A stretch of 56,503 nt of DNA, the filler included, from Jimgerdemannia flammicorona (taxonomy: Eukaryota), in NCBI GenBank assembly GCA_003990765.1. It is 2 parts of 2 records of this genome, joined end to end, with 100 filler letters (N's around TTAATTAATTAA, not from the genome) between each part and the next. Parts side by side here need not be neighbours in the genome. Positions count along the whole stretch, not along the records: positions 1 to 28,212 come from RBNJ01000578.1; 1 more part is not named here. One strand, given 5' to 3'. The position numbers were made by a program, and so were the translations under genes. Below are positions 11,699 to 23,128 of this stretch, in pieces; position 1 is the first letter of the stretch; each line of letters opens with the position of its first letter. Below the pieces are notes generated by a model that saw only the letters and a list, made by a program, of their open reading frames with translations, searched no databases and was not told the origin of the DNA.

Positions 11699-14544
11699 CT
11701 ACAGACGCCACTCCAACCATTCCCATCCGGAGGTTTTCAGAGTCTTGTTTTGCTTTAGAGACTTCGCTAAAGCGCGGGCTCCCTGCTCACCAATATCGTT
11801 CACTGTACATATGCACAGGTTATTATTTGAATCTCATCACATGATTTTAAACACCCATTCACTAAGTTTGGACTTACTTTGGAGAGACAGCTCGATCAGG
11901 GTCGTGTTCCGCTCCAACGAATCGGCTAGGGCACCAGCTCCCCGATCACCAATGTTATTTTCTGTGCACAAGAAAGGTGATAAGTAAACACATACAATCT
12001 GTCGTCACGAGAATGCGAACAGCCATCTACGCAATTTTGACTTACGACGAAGGGATAAGCTGATTAGAGCCTTGTTTTGCTTCAGAGATTCTGCAAGAGC
12101 GCAGGCCCCTTGATCACCAATGTCGTTTTCTGTACACGGGCCAATTAATAAAAATACATGCACAGGATGTAAACTAGATTTTTTTATGCAAATACCAACA
12201 ACCTTCCGTTCGGTTCAGACTTACTCCAAAGTTCTAGCTCAATTAGCGTTTTGTTCTGACGCAGCGACTCAGCTAGTGCACGGGCTCCCTCGTTGCCAAT
12301 GTCGTTTTCTATAAATAGACAAAACACACACAGACTATCAGTTGGCTTTGTCACGGCGATACCAACAACATATACTCTGTTTTGGCTTACTCCAAAGGAC
12401 GAGCTCAATTAACGTTGTGTTTTGCTTTAAGCTCTCTGCTAGAGAATGGGCTCCCTGATCACCAATCTTGTTAACTGTGAATGGGAAAGGTAATGACAGA
12501 ACACGCACAGACAGTGAGCTGGATGTCGTACAAAAAATTATGTACTCAATTCAAACGTACACGCAAGATCCAGCTTAGTCAAAGTTGTGTTCTGCTTGAG
12601 AGACTCTGCTAGACCTCGGGCACCTTCACCGGTGATGGAACTCCCTATACATGATCAAAGTGAGATACACAAGCTGTAAACTCTATCTCATCACAACAAT
12701 TAAAACAACCATTCCTTCGGATCCGACTTACAGTGACAGGCCAGTTCAGTAAGCGTTGTGTTGTGCTTCAGAGATTCCATCATAGCGCGGGCACCCGTAT
12801 CACCATTTTTGGTAACTGTACGTGGTAAAGTGACGACATAACGTGCACAGGCTGTTAGCCGCATATATTCGCTGCAGCAATCAGTAATAAACCATGGTTT
12901 GACTTACATTCAATGGTTAGTTTAATCAAGGACGTGTTTTGTTTTAAAGACTCGACTAGAACGGTTACTCCTTCATCACTCAAGTTACTCCCTGTACATA
13001 GAAAATTATAGAGCATCAAGACCTCATCAAGCAGATATATAAATGGTCGATTTCGTTCTAGCTTACACTGCATATACAACTTAGTCTTTGCCATGTTCTT
13101 CTCCAGAGTGCGCATTTCGTTACTGACGCCGACTTCGTTACGTTGACGAAGGATATTCAAGTCCGTGGTGCATTTTTTAGTGGCGTGAATTAGACGTTGT
13201 TTCTCATTCCGGATGACATTTGTGCAGCATAGACACTGCCACGCATGAGGAATTGTTTTCTGTAAAATAAGTATACGACCACAGGCATGGAGCTCCTTTC
13301 GCGAACGTTCAATTTCCTCGAACGATGAATCCGGATCAAGCAACTGGGCATGCCAGCAGGAAGGACAAATGCGGGTGATTCCTTCATACTCTCGGCGACT
13401 TGCTTCGGTCGGGAATTTTGTGGGACGGATCCCACAAACGTGGCAGACATTGTTGGGAAAATCGTTCTTGAAAAAACCAGTGCCCGAGTCCCGATCTTCA
13501 GAAATTTCTTTGGTTGGATCATCACGCCGTGTGCCGATAATCTGATGAACTTTCTTATGCTTTTTCCAGTCGGCCGTCTGACACTTCTTTGAGCAGTAAT
13601 TCACTGTATAGCATGTTTTGCATGCTTTGAGGTTCCCTCCATCCTCCGGGCTTGACCGCTCGCATACCGCGCACCTCAAGGAGTTGTTGGCGGTATCAGG
13701 AGGGGTATGTGGGTCTGGGTTCTTGAGCATGCTACCAGGTGTGATTACGTCATTTTCGGCAATGTCGAGCGACTCGCCGTGGTATACTGGAGCTTCCACG
13801 ATATCCGATTTGACATCCGAAGTAGCTGTTCGTGTAAAAGACGATGTGTTAGTAACACACACCACAAAATGACGGGATATTGCTCGCGCTTTCGTTGGTA
13901 GTAACTGTGCGCTATATAAATATGCCATTATTGATATTATCCAGAGTGGTTATGTCCATATTGGCGACCCACGAGAACGGTATTCGTAAATTTGGATAAT
14001 ACATTGCAACGGCGAATTCACAAAAACACAGGCCGCATATCGCTATCTTAATACAATAACGGATTTCACAACAGAATATTGCACGCGTACCTTGGGACGG
14101 AGATTTTAATGCGGCCAGTTGGTCCTTCACATCTCCCAGCTCTTTTTCGATAACGGAAATCCGTGACATCATGGTCGAGGAAATGGTCGGGGCAACAACG
14201 GTTGAAACAATGGCAGGCGGCACCACAAAAAGATGAATGCATCTTTTAGGAGGTGCATAGGGGAGTACCTCGAGAATACTATCCGTAGGGAATAATTTTC
14301 GAATGTGGCTATAGTAACCCCTCTTGAGATCGACGTCATTAATCCAATCGGAATTGTCGACGGATACGGTGACGCTGTAAAGCGTTAACTCGTCGGCAGA
14401 AATGTGGTTGAAATATGGCGCCTTCTTCTCCTTGATCTTGTCCTTGAGATGACCGACGAACTTGGAGGTGGTAATGTCGACTGGGAAAGCCTGCTCGGCC
14501 GAGTCGCCTTGAAGAAGACACATAAAGGTACAGTAGTCGCTCAT
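11699..14544 (-). CDS. CRN(ubiquitin-like)-MYND-Cys-rich-RI-LRR protein, copy A (~634 aa, 10 exons)
   Basis: Exons 14544-14091, 13825-13067, 12991-12908, 12815-12732, 12644-12561, 12474-12391, 12308-12225, 12129-12046, 11961-11878 and 11802-11699, all with GT-AG introns, join in frame (1905 nt). Motifs: FPVDI..VGHLKDKIKEKK..ADELTLY..IHLFVVPP (CRN N-terminus); CAVC..LKACKTC..YCSKKCQTADWKKHK (MYND); NxIGDxGAxALAESLKQNxTL (RI-like LRR). Confidence 0.88.
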
Positions 14545-14806
14545 GGTGGGTGGAGTGTCCTTAACGGAATCAGCGAAGAGCGAATAGATGGATAAGGAGG
14601 CGCGGCTACTTCTTGTAATTAAATAGGGGCAAATTATCAGCTGACATTCCTGCAGTTGGTACGGTACCCGAGGTCCGTATTCCACAACATAGATCTCAGA
14701 TCGTCGCTGCACGATCCAAATTTGACCCTTATTAAGTGGCCGGCGCCATATTAGTTTTCCCACAGTTTATCGCCGTACTACTAACCAAACCCCCCTGAAC
14801 GGGATA

Positions 14807-15251
14807 CCTTATAGCACCACCGTTTTTTTCCCCTCAACCCGATTTTTTCCACCACTGGATTTTTTCAGAGGATGCACCAATTGCATCCTTTCCCCACCTC
14901 TGTACCCCCACCTCCTCCTCAAACGGCCATATGCCATCCCACCCATATTGACAATGACAGTCATCTATCCATAATCGATTATTTATCCATTGCGAAATCC
15001 AGACTGGATATTGTGAGTGTTATTAAAGCTTACAAGGACGGTTATTGGGGTCAGAAGTTTGCTCCATTGTGTTGAAGGTCAAATAAGTATGTATGTATAT
15101 TTGGCATTTTATCAACAAAGATAGCGATGATCCCAGAAGTGGGCGATCCGCAAAGACAAAAGGACGGGATTGGTGCGGTAAAAAACTCGTCTTCTGAAAA
15201 TCCAGTGGCGGAAAAAATCGGGCTGAGGGAAAAAACGGTGGTGCTCTAAGG
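14807..15251. mobile_element. MITE with ~55-bp TIRs and TA flanks (Tc1/mariner-like), upstream of copy A only
   Basis: CCTTATAGCACCACCGTTTTTT... / ...AAAAAACGGTGGTGCTCTAAGG. TA at 14805-14806 and 15252-15253. Absent from the paralogous site near 26270. Confidence 0.85.
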
Positions 15252-15899
15252 TAACGTTCCAGCCAACTCCGAACATTACTTCGACATCCCTGAAGATGAT
15301 GACGTCATAATCCGCATTTCATAGCCCGACCATTTTAAGTCAACTCCTGACCAACATCAAAGAGCAGCCCTTTTGTGGTTACCCATTCATAATGTTCAGG
15401 AGTATTCATAATGTTCAGAAGTACTTATCCTACCCTGATGAGTTTACATGAACCATATTAGTTTATAACTTAACCTGAATCCGCATAGTGCAGTTTAGTT
15501 AGTACCCTTAGTCATGCATCCCAGAAACGATCCGCTGACTTCAAGCATATATACCCAATTTCCCGCTCGCCGCCTGATAGAAAGACCTCCAGTCTTCCGC
15601 CAACCCACCTTCGAATACTAGATATCTACCGCCTTACCGAGATAGCCCGTAGTATTATCCCTTAAGGCAGGCACTCCACTTCTTAGCATAGATAACTAGT
15701 ATAAAAATATCCTAGTTTGAACCTGAATAAAGCAGCTCTCAGATTTCACTCGAAGGCTGAAAAGCACAATATCAATTTCCCTGCCTCTGCCCGCCTTTGC
15801 TTTTGTCTCTGCCCCCCTTTAGATAAGCACCAGATTGGATTGGACTGCAGCTACATTGGGCAGAATTATAATTATATTAGGTCAGCAATTCAAAGGGTC

Positions 15900-17950
15900 A
15901 TTTCATGTCTGAATATTTCTTATCCATAAACCAGCAGAAATGAGTAAAGGAAATATGCTTGCACTGGTGAAATGTAATACTGTAGCATTAGTATATATTT
16001 GAATCAAAATAAATAAATTAATAAATCAATAAAGCAGATAGATAGTATTAGAGCCTCAGTTTATATCTTGATCTTATAGCTTCAAGTCACTTGATTCAAA
16101 TCTGCCATATGTCAAAAATAGCTCATAGTTCTGATTTCATTGAATGGAGCAGTTATAGTAAAATTGTATTAAAATAATTCAATAAAATCTCTATCAAATT
16201 TAATTGTACATTACAATTAGTTCAGAACACTACCTTTAATACTCACATCAAAGATAATATTTTAATTCAATTGAAATGAGTATCTAACTATAATTTGCTA
16301 TAAATATTTATTACTTAAAATATATAATAAAATATTTCTTCTATTATTATTATAATAAAAACAAAAACAAAAACCAAATTTAAATTATAATAAATCTGTT
16401 TCTATCTATATTATATATTATTTTTTATGGTAATAGCAACTAATTTAATAAATATTTTAATAATAATATATCTGTTTTATTATTTTCTCTCTATCTCTTT
16501 AACTTCTTCACTCTATCTCTTTTATTATATTTCTATTCTCATTCTATAATCATTCAACTCTTATATCTCTATATTTCTATTCTTATTTCTAAAACAGCTT
16601 TATCTTTAAATAGTATCTATAGTAATAATAATAAAGTAGGTGTAGTAATTATAATTATACTTATTTTTGAGATAATAATATAATTACCCTTATTATATAA
16701 TGCTCAATATAAGCTCTATTCACTTTCTTTATCTCTATTTACTATATATGATCTGTCTTATCACTTATTTATATCTATTAACTTTAGTATAATATATCTG
16801 ATTCTTCTATAAGTAGTATATATTATTAATATCAAATCAAGTAAGTTTAAGTTATAAAACTAGTTATATTTTAGACAAATAGTAGTATTTGTAAGTTAAT
16901 CAACTTTTTCAAAAGCTAATAGATCTGTAAAGTTGTAAAGAATTATGATATTTTATAAAATATACTCAATCTTCCAAGATTATAATAGATTCCTATCTGA
17001 TAACATCTATCTCTACTTACTCTCTTTATATTTATCTTATTTATATAAATATATTTACTCTAAAAATAAATAATATCTATCAAATCTCTTAGTAAGTATA
17101 AAGTCTACTAGAGTAGTAAATATATTTATATAAGTAAATATATATATATCTCACTTCTCTTCTATACTCTTTTTTCCAAAAAAAAAAAAAAAAACATATC
17201 TCTTTTTCTCTATAGTAGAGTTAAGTCTTGAAAAAATAAAATTAGTTAAAAATTACATTAAAGTCAGAAGGTCATAAATGTTATAGATTGCTATTCAAAT
17301 ATATATTATATTACTAATATTGAAGAGATTTTAAGAGATATTGAAATAAAATATAGTTAGTATAATACTAAGTTAGAAAAAATATCATATACTGCTATTA
17401 TGATATATACTCTTTATAATCATAATATAGATATATGTAAGTCTTGTTTCTTATAGAGCCAAGTATATGAAATTAGTATCTTGATACTATCTATTTAAAA
17501 CTAGAAAAACATTATATATCATTATTATAATACTCTCTATATAAGTATCTCAAAGAGAGTATATATCTTATTTGCTAATATAATATAGTATGATATTGTT
17601 ATAATATACAAAAGCTAGTACATATCTCATTATTTCTACATAGTAGCCATTAACCATAATATGTATATTGCTTCAAGTCAAGAGATATGATCTCTGTAAA
17701 TACTGATTGTATTCATATCAATGTCATTTTATTAAAATACTTTTCAAAGAAAAACTAACCTTGAATTGCACATTCAGTTACTTCTCAGAAACATCAAAAA
17801 GTGTAGTGGCACTCCTGTATAGAATAGATGGAGAAGGTCCATTTTACTGAGAAGACTTCTAGATAAAAAAGATGGGGGAGGTCTGTTTCCTTAGGATGAC
17901 TGTAAGCAAATGAGAGGTGATGTCCAAGTCTCTGAGGCCCTGAGGCATTC
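15900..17950. mobile_element. Extremely AT-rich decayed transposon (possibly hAT)
   Basis: Near-total CpG loss and no ORF. A faint minus-strand 'IDVIR*ES' near 17000 could be a DVxTRWxS relic. Confidence 0.35.
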
Positions 17951-18689
17951 AAAGTGTAAGCAGGCAAGATAAACAGCACACCTTGGATGGGTTAAGAAAT
18001 GGAAAGTTTATAAATAACGGCGCCAACGGCGCGATAAATGAGAAAAAAAAAAAAAAAAAACACATAATTTGGCACATGTCACTCAATGATGACATATGGT
18101 CATGGTTAAACTACATTATTATAAATTCAAAACATACAACTCTTTTAATTATAAAACTGATGTCATTGGAGAACTGGACAGCGCAAGGATCCTTTTCTGC
18201 GACAACCGTCTTTTACACTCGACGGGATAAAGGTCGGACACCATCTTTGTGGCTCAATTAATCATGTCACTCGACAATTTTTGAAGGGTGTGCACCTTCT
18301 CCAACCGCATTCACGAGCCGTTCGGTCGCGCTATTATAGTATCATGGATCGAGAGAAGTCACGCATCTCTTCTTTACCATTTTAACTATATTTTTCCTAC
18401 GTCCAAGGTCAAGAAGTTGGAGATATCAGTAGGTGATGCAGTGCGCTTGGAGTGTGAATATGCTCGCCGATGGTGACAACAACCTCCTTGTCGTTCATCC
18501 TGGGTGTCTGCTGCCTTGCCGCAATTGAAACTCTATTGGAAGTGTGTCTCATACCGGGCCGGAAGACTGGGCGAATGCTTTATTCAACAGGATAATTCGA
18601 GACGTCAAAAATCACTGCGCCACAGGTCAATATCTCCCGAACATGCGTTGAATCGGCAACCCAAACAAAGGCATACTCAAACATCAAAC

Positions 18690-20181
18690 ATGGCCAGGCA
18701 ATTCAACAACAGTGGTCTTAGCCTCAAGGATGACATCGCCTCCATGTGGACAGATACAACTTACCATGATGTAACCATCGTCTGCGCCGATGGTGTCGAG
18801 CTAGGCGCATGCCGCGCTGTGCTGGCTGCAAGGTACGTTTCATCGTTTCTTGGTTGCATTTCATGATTTCCGAATATACAACTCTCATTCATTAATATCA
18901 TACGTTCCAAGGTGTCCTGTATTCAAGACAATGCTGTACGGAAATATGCAAGAGAGCGTCTCTCAGCGAATTGTCCTCCACGATATCACATCAGCAGTAT
19001 TAACCGTCGTGCTCGGTTTCATCCACTCCGAAACAATCGATGACACCACCATCGCCATCGCGGTGGATCTTTACCGCGCAGCGAGCTTCCTTCTCCTCCC
19101 AAAGCTCATGACAATGGTCCTAGAGCGCGCCCAAGACGTTTCCGACTTTGGCGTCTCCTCGACTCTCCTCAACGGGGCTGCCGCCTCCATCCCATGGAGT
19201 GAAGCCAGCGAGGACCTCTACGCCGTACTCCTCAGACCTTTCTATGCTCGCAAGCTCGCCATAGGAGAGTTGACTGACCTCTCCGAAGAAGCCATCCAGC
19301 TACTCTTCACTGCACCCAACGCGACCACTTTCGTCACTCCCGAATACGACCTGCTGCTGGGAATCGTCGACTGGGTTTGGGCGCATGCCGAAGAGCCAAG
19401 GCCCGACGTTGCAGAACGTCATGCTATCTTGCGTGATGTTGCCAGTATGGTTCCCGGTTGCGAGGGTAGAATTCGGCTGGGAAACGACTCTTTGCTGTTA
19501 AACATGATGACACATGTGGACCTCACTCTTATATGCCCGCATCGCCTTAAGAGCCTCACGGAGGCGATAGATGTGTTTGCGGAACCGTCTCCGTACTACA
19601 TGGCCTTTTGTCATCATGCGTGCAAGAACACCATGTGTCCAACGGGGCACCCTTCCGGGTATCGCGGAAGACAAGGTATCCAGTGGGATAGATCGAAGAT
19701 CGGTTCACGCGTTGTCGTCTCCGATGACGGCAAGGTCGTAGAGCTTTCTGTCGGGACGTCGGCATCCGTGATGCAGGCGGCGAGGATCTCCGGTCCCGGG
19801 ACAATGACTCAGGCGGGGCTGTGTGAATGGGACGTTGTCGTTGAATCCGTTGGATTGTATAATAATGCTGAACCCTTTAGCGAAATCGGGTTAGTGGGAG
19901 AGGAGACCACTGATTTCGATTCCAGAATAAATGGGTGGATATTTCAGTCTTGGCGTAACGATATTCGGAGAGTAAACGTGCGAGGACAGGCCCGCAGCTA
20001 TGGTGTCACCCTTCGGAATGGCGATGTAGTGACTTTGCATCTGGACAAAGTCAACCATAATTGTGCCCTTTCAATCAATGGGATTAATCACGGTATAGCA
20101 TGGACCAACCTTCCGGAGACAGTGTACCCTGTGGTAACTTTAGGCGCTCGGTCCAAATATCGGATGATAGATCGCCTTTAA
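18690..20181 (+). CDS. BTB/POZ - helical (BACK-like) - SPRY domain protein (~470 aa, 2 exons), probable Cullin3 adaptor
   Basis: Exons 18690-18832 and 18912-20181 join in frame: YHDVTIVCADGVELGACRAVLAARCPVFKTMLYGNMQES (BTB). C-terminal GLCEWDVVVE..EIGLV..GDVVTLHLD..LSING..AW..LPETVYPVVTL (SPRY). Confidence 0.88.
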
Positions 20182-21214
20182 TCATTATCTCCTTCGACTT
20201 AACGAACACAACGCTCTTCACTCATTTCTTAGCTGATTGACATGTATCATATGGATTAAGTGTATTAACCACCAATATATATATTATACCATCTTTCCAA
20301 CACAAAATGATTCCAGTTCCTGTTTTTGCGGCCCCAATTACCTTTATTTTAAAAAATACTTTTACAATTTGATTGTCGGTGATAATTCTTGAAAAACTGG
20401 AAACATTCTGTCGAAACAGCTGGCACGATGTACAATAACTCTTTGGCAATTTCCAAGTGGAACGTTCGCAGTTGGTACTATAGCTGCGACAGTTTTCACA
20501 ATTTTCTCCATCCCAAGTGACAGAAACGTGACAAATTCTTGGACACATGAAAAGAAATCTCGGATACGACGGTGTAAATTATCCATCATCGTCCCGTTCA
20601 TGTATAGACATCCTAGGAACGCATGCTTCTAGGTGAAATTATGTCCATAGTTATGAACGTCGCATTTGTGATATTCTGGTTGCTGTTTTTCCTATGCATC
20701 TATCCAGGCCTGACAGGTTAATTCACGTGGTACAGCTGTTTACTGAATTTGTGAGAGGAGAGCACGAACGAAGGTTCTGTCGTCGTCGTCACCATCATCA
20801 TCATCGCCGTGCACAAGGTCGCATCAGGTATTTGTATTGCTGGTCACCTTGCCTCTCCGTAGCATCAAAAGAGTCGGTGGAGAGGTGATTTATGAAATGC
20901 TGGGCAATTCGATCGGGCTGGCGGCATCCAATACCCCGCTTACATAACTCGGACAAATATTGTTTTGGTCGGAACGTCTTGAGGTATATATAAACAATCA
21001 AACGAAAACGTATAGGGATGGCCTTCGAGGTGCTACTATTATATAACGAGTTCAAACGTCTTTATTAGGTTTGAACTACAATAACACGTGCAGAAAATAA
21101 AGCTTTTTGCTCGTGACCCACTAAGAATGTTATTAACAGATACCGATTGACGAAGTTTTGTCTTGAATTTTGGCTTGGCGCAGTTTTTCGTGTTACTATA
21201 TACCTCAGAAGACG

Positions 21215-21300
21215 ATTCCCGAACAATTTAGCTTTGCTCTACAAAACTACGGCAAGGCGGAGCCGCTGTACGAACAGGTGCCGGCAATCCATGAGAAAAA
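21215..21300 (+). pseudogene. Relic of a single kinesin-light-chain-type TPR repeat (paralogous relic at ~9590-9668)
   Basis: With one frameshift the DNA reads 'NNLALLYK' then 'YGKAEPLYEQVPAIHEK', matching the NNLAxLY..G.Y..AEPLY..ALAI.EK consensus. Confidence 0.55.
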
Positions 21301-23128
21301 AATAATAGTCTTGATGGGAGGGATCTTCTGTTCGATTCGCAAGCGTAATAAAGATGCATAAAAACCAAACGGGGGAAAAATAAGAGAATATGTAGGCTTC
21401 AACTACTGGAATTTCGGCGTTATCGGGCGTTCAGCGCCCTTCGGCTTTTTTCTAGGGGAAAGAGTGCCCAGTCAATTACAGATTTCAACAACTATCAGTC
21501 AGTGTCACGAACGTCACGATAGTAATTAGAACCCCAATAGCCGCTTCTTTATGCCGTTGAAGACAAATAACCCTACTTCGCGTTTTTCATCGGCCATCTT
21601 TACCAGAAAAGGTAAGAACCGCTCATCCGTTTTTAAGGGAACAAAGGAAGAGCCAAATGCCTTGGAGCGTCGTGAAAATCCTTTCATTTTATATTGGTTA
21701 TTATTCATTATTGGAATATTCGGGGCATCCGTTGCTTTTCATATGCATTTACATTGTTAGGGAAGCATTCGAAGAGAGCGCAGTATAGATGGTCATTGTG
21801 AATTATATAGCTGGTAAATTTTACACAAATGTAGGAGGATATTATTAGATTCAAATTGTTGTATATACTCTGCCACTATGGAATTCTCGTTGCCATGTCG
21901 TAGAATTTGCGAAATGACAAAAATGATATTAACAATACTAAAAAAAATAAAAAAAAAAAAAAAAAAAAAGAAATGGAAATTGAACAAATATGAATTTTAT
22001 ATCAATGTGGAAAATTTCCCGTGGCAGCGCTTCCTGAGGACGCGATATCTCGATTATATGGCGACGAGTTTCCTCACGACTTTCACATTGAGCTTGCGAA
22101 TTTGCTGTGTACGATATAGATTTTATTGTAGAAGGTAGTAATTTCTGCAATATAATTGGTAATGTCAAACTGTTTTTCTCGTCCATCGGAATCCAATCGA
22201 AGGCTGGGACGAAAGCCAGGTCATCGACTGCGATAGCATATTTGGCATGATTAAAAGATATTTAACTTGTGCGGTAATCTTGGTTGGGATCCGAAAAATA
22301 TAGAAGGATATACCGTGCAAAGGGAGCGTGCCAGATGGTCGCATCAAGGGACGCTTAGAGGAGAGGATGACATTTACAGAGACGTTCCATGCTTTTGCAC
22401 TCTCTTAGCCCAAATACTGTATTGAAACCAGCTCTTCTATATCTTTGCGAGCAAGTATCCAATTAAATATTTGACTGATCCAACAGGCATCTATTCATGG
22501 AGATTGAAAATGGAAAGGCTTGCAAGCTGGTGTCAGTCAACGAATTTGTGGCAATTGCAAGATGATTATGGGGGTTTTTTTTTTTTTTTTTTTAATCTCC
22601 TCCAAAGGCTCTGTTAGCATGGCTTAAATAATATGCTTACTGTGGCGGGACAGTTAAGCAAGCAGGATAGTCGTAGCCCTGATAAGTAGTACTGATTAGA
22701 GGAACTGGCATGTGTACGAAGGAAGAGTTGTAGTGACACTCGAGACCGTGGAGCCAGTGTGAGTGTGGGTGCAGAGGGTATAGTCTCCTATCCATATTTT
22801 CGAACGATATATATACAACTATGTTATATGTGCTAAACGTTATTTCCCGCTGCCACACTGGGCCCACTATTATTATAATGGTCATTTGCCGGACTCTCGA
22901 AGCCCGTTGATCAATTTTTTCCCCTTTCATTTGCGTATTATGGTAGCTGCATTGTAAATGTATTTCATCCCTGGGGAGTAATGAGAAAACCTTCTAGGTA
23001 TCGTTGGCCCTTGTCTTATCATGTGTTCGTAAATTCCAATACATAGCTAGCGAAATTTGATGCCAATTACTTTGTCAGAATTGTACATTGGCCAAATATC
23101 AATTCGGATATGCCTCAATCATTCTATA

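Larger units (their letters stand above)
9350..15770. repeat. Segmental duplication, copy A (paralog of ~20900-26880)
   Basis: Colinear similarity across intergenic DNA, introns and exons, e.g. 9550-9670 ~ 21170-21305 and 15735-15767 ~ 26851-26880. Confidence 0.9.

Noticed and set aside
11930..11950. Suspected frameshift in LRR exon 9 of copy A
   Set aside because: A recount gives four Gs and an 84-nt exon, so the frame is intact.
11878..12991. Regularly spaced repeats as a CRISPR-like array
   Set aside because: The repeats are LRR-coding exons and the spacers are GT-AG introns; the context is eukaryotic with no cas genes.
13912..14763. 283-aa ORF with a 73-aa N-terminal extension as the true CRN protein
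   Set aside because: It starts at a non-ATG codon, the extension has indels in the paralog, and both copies share the ACCATG start at 14544/26060.
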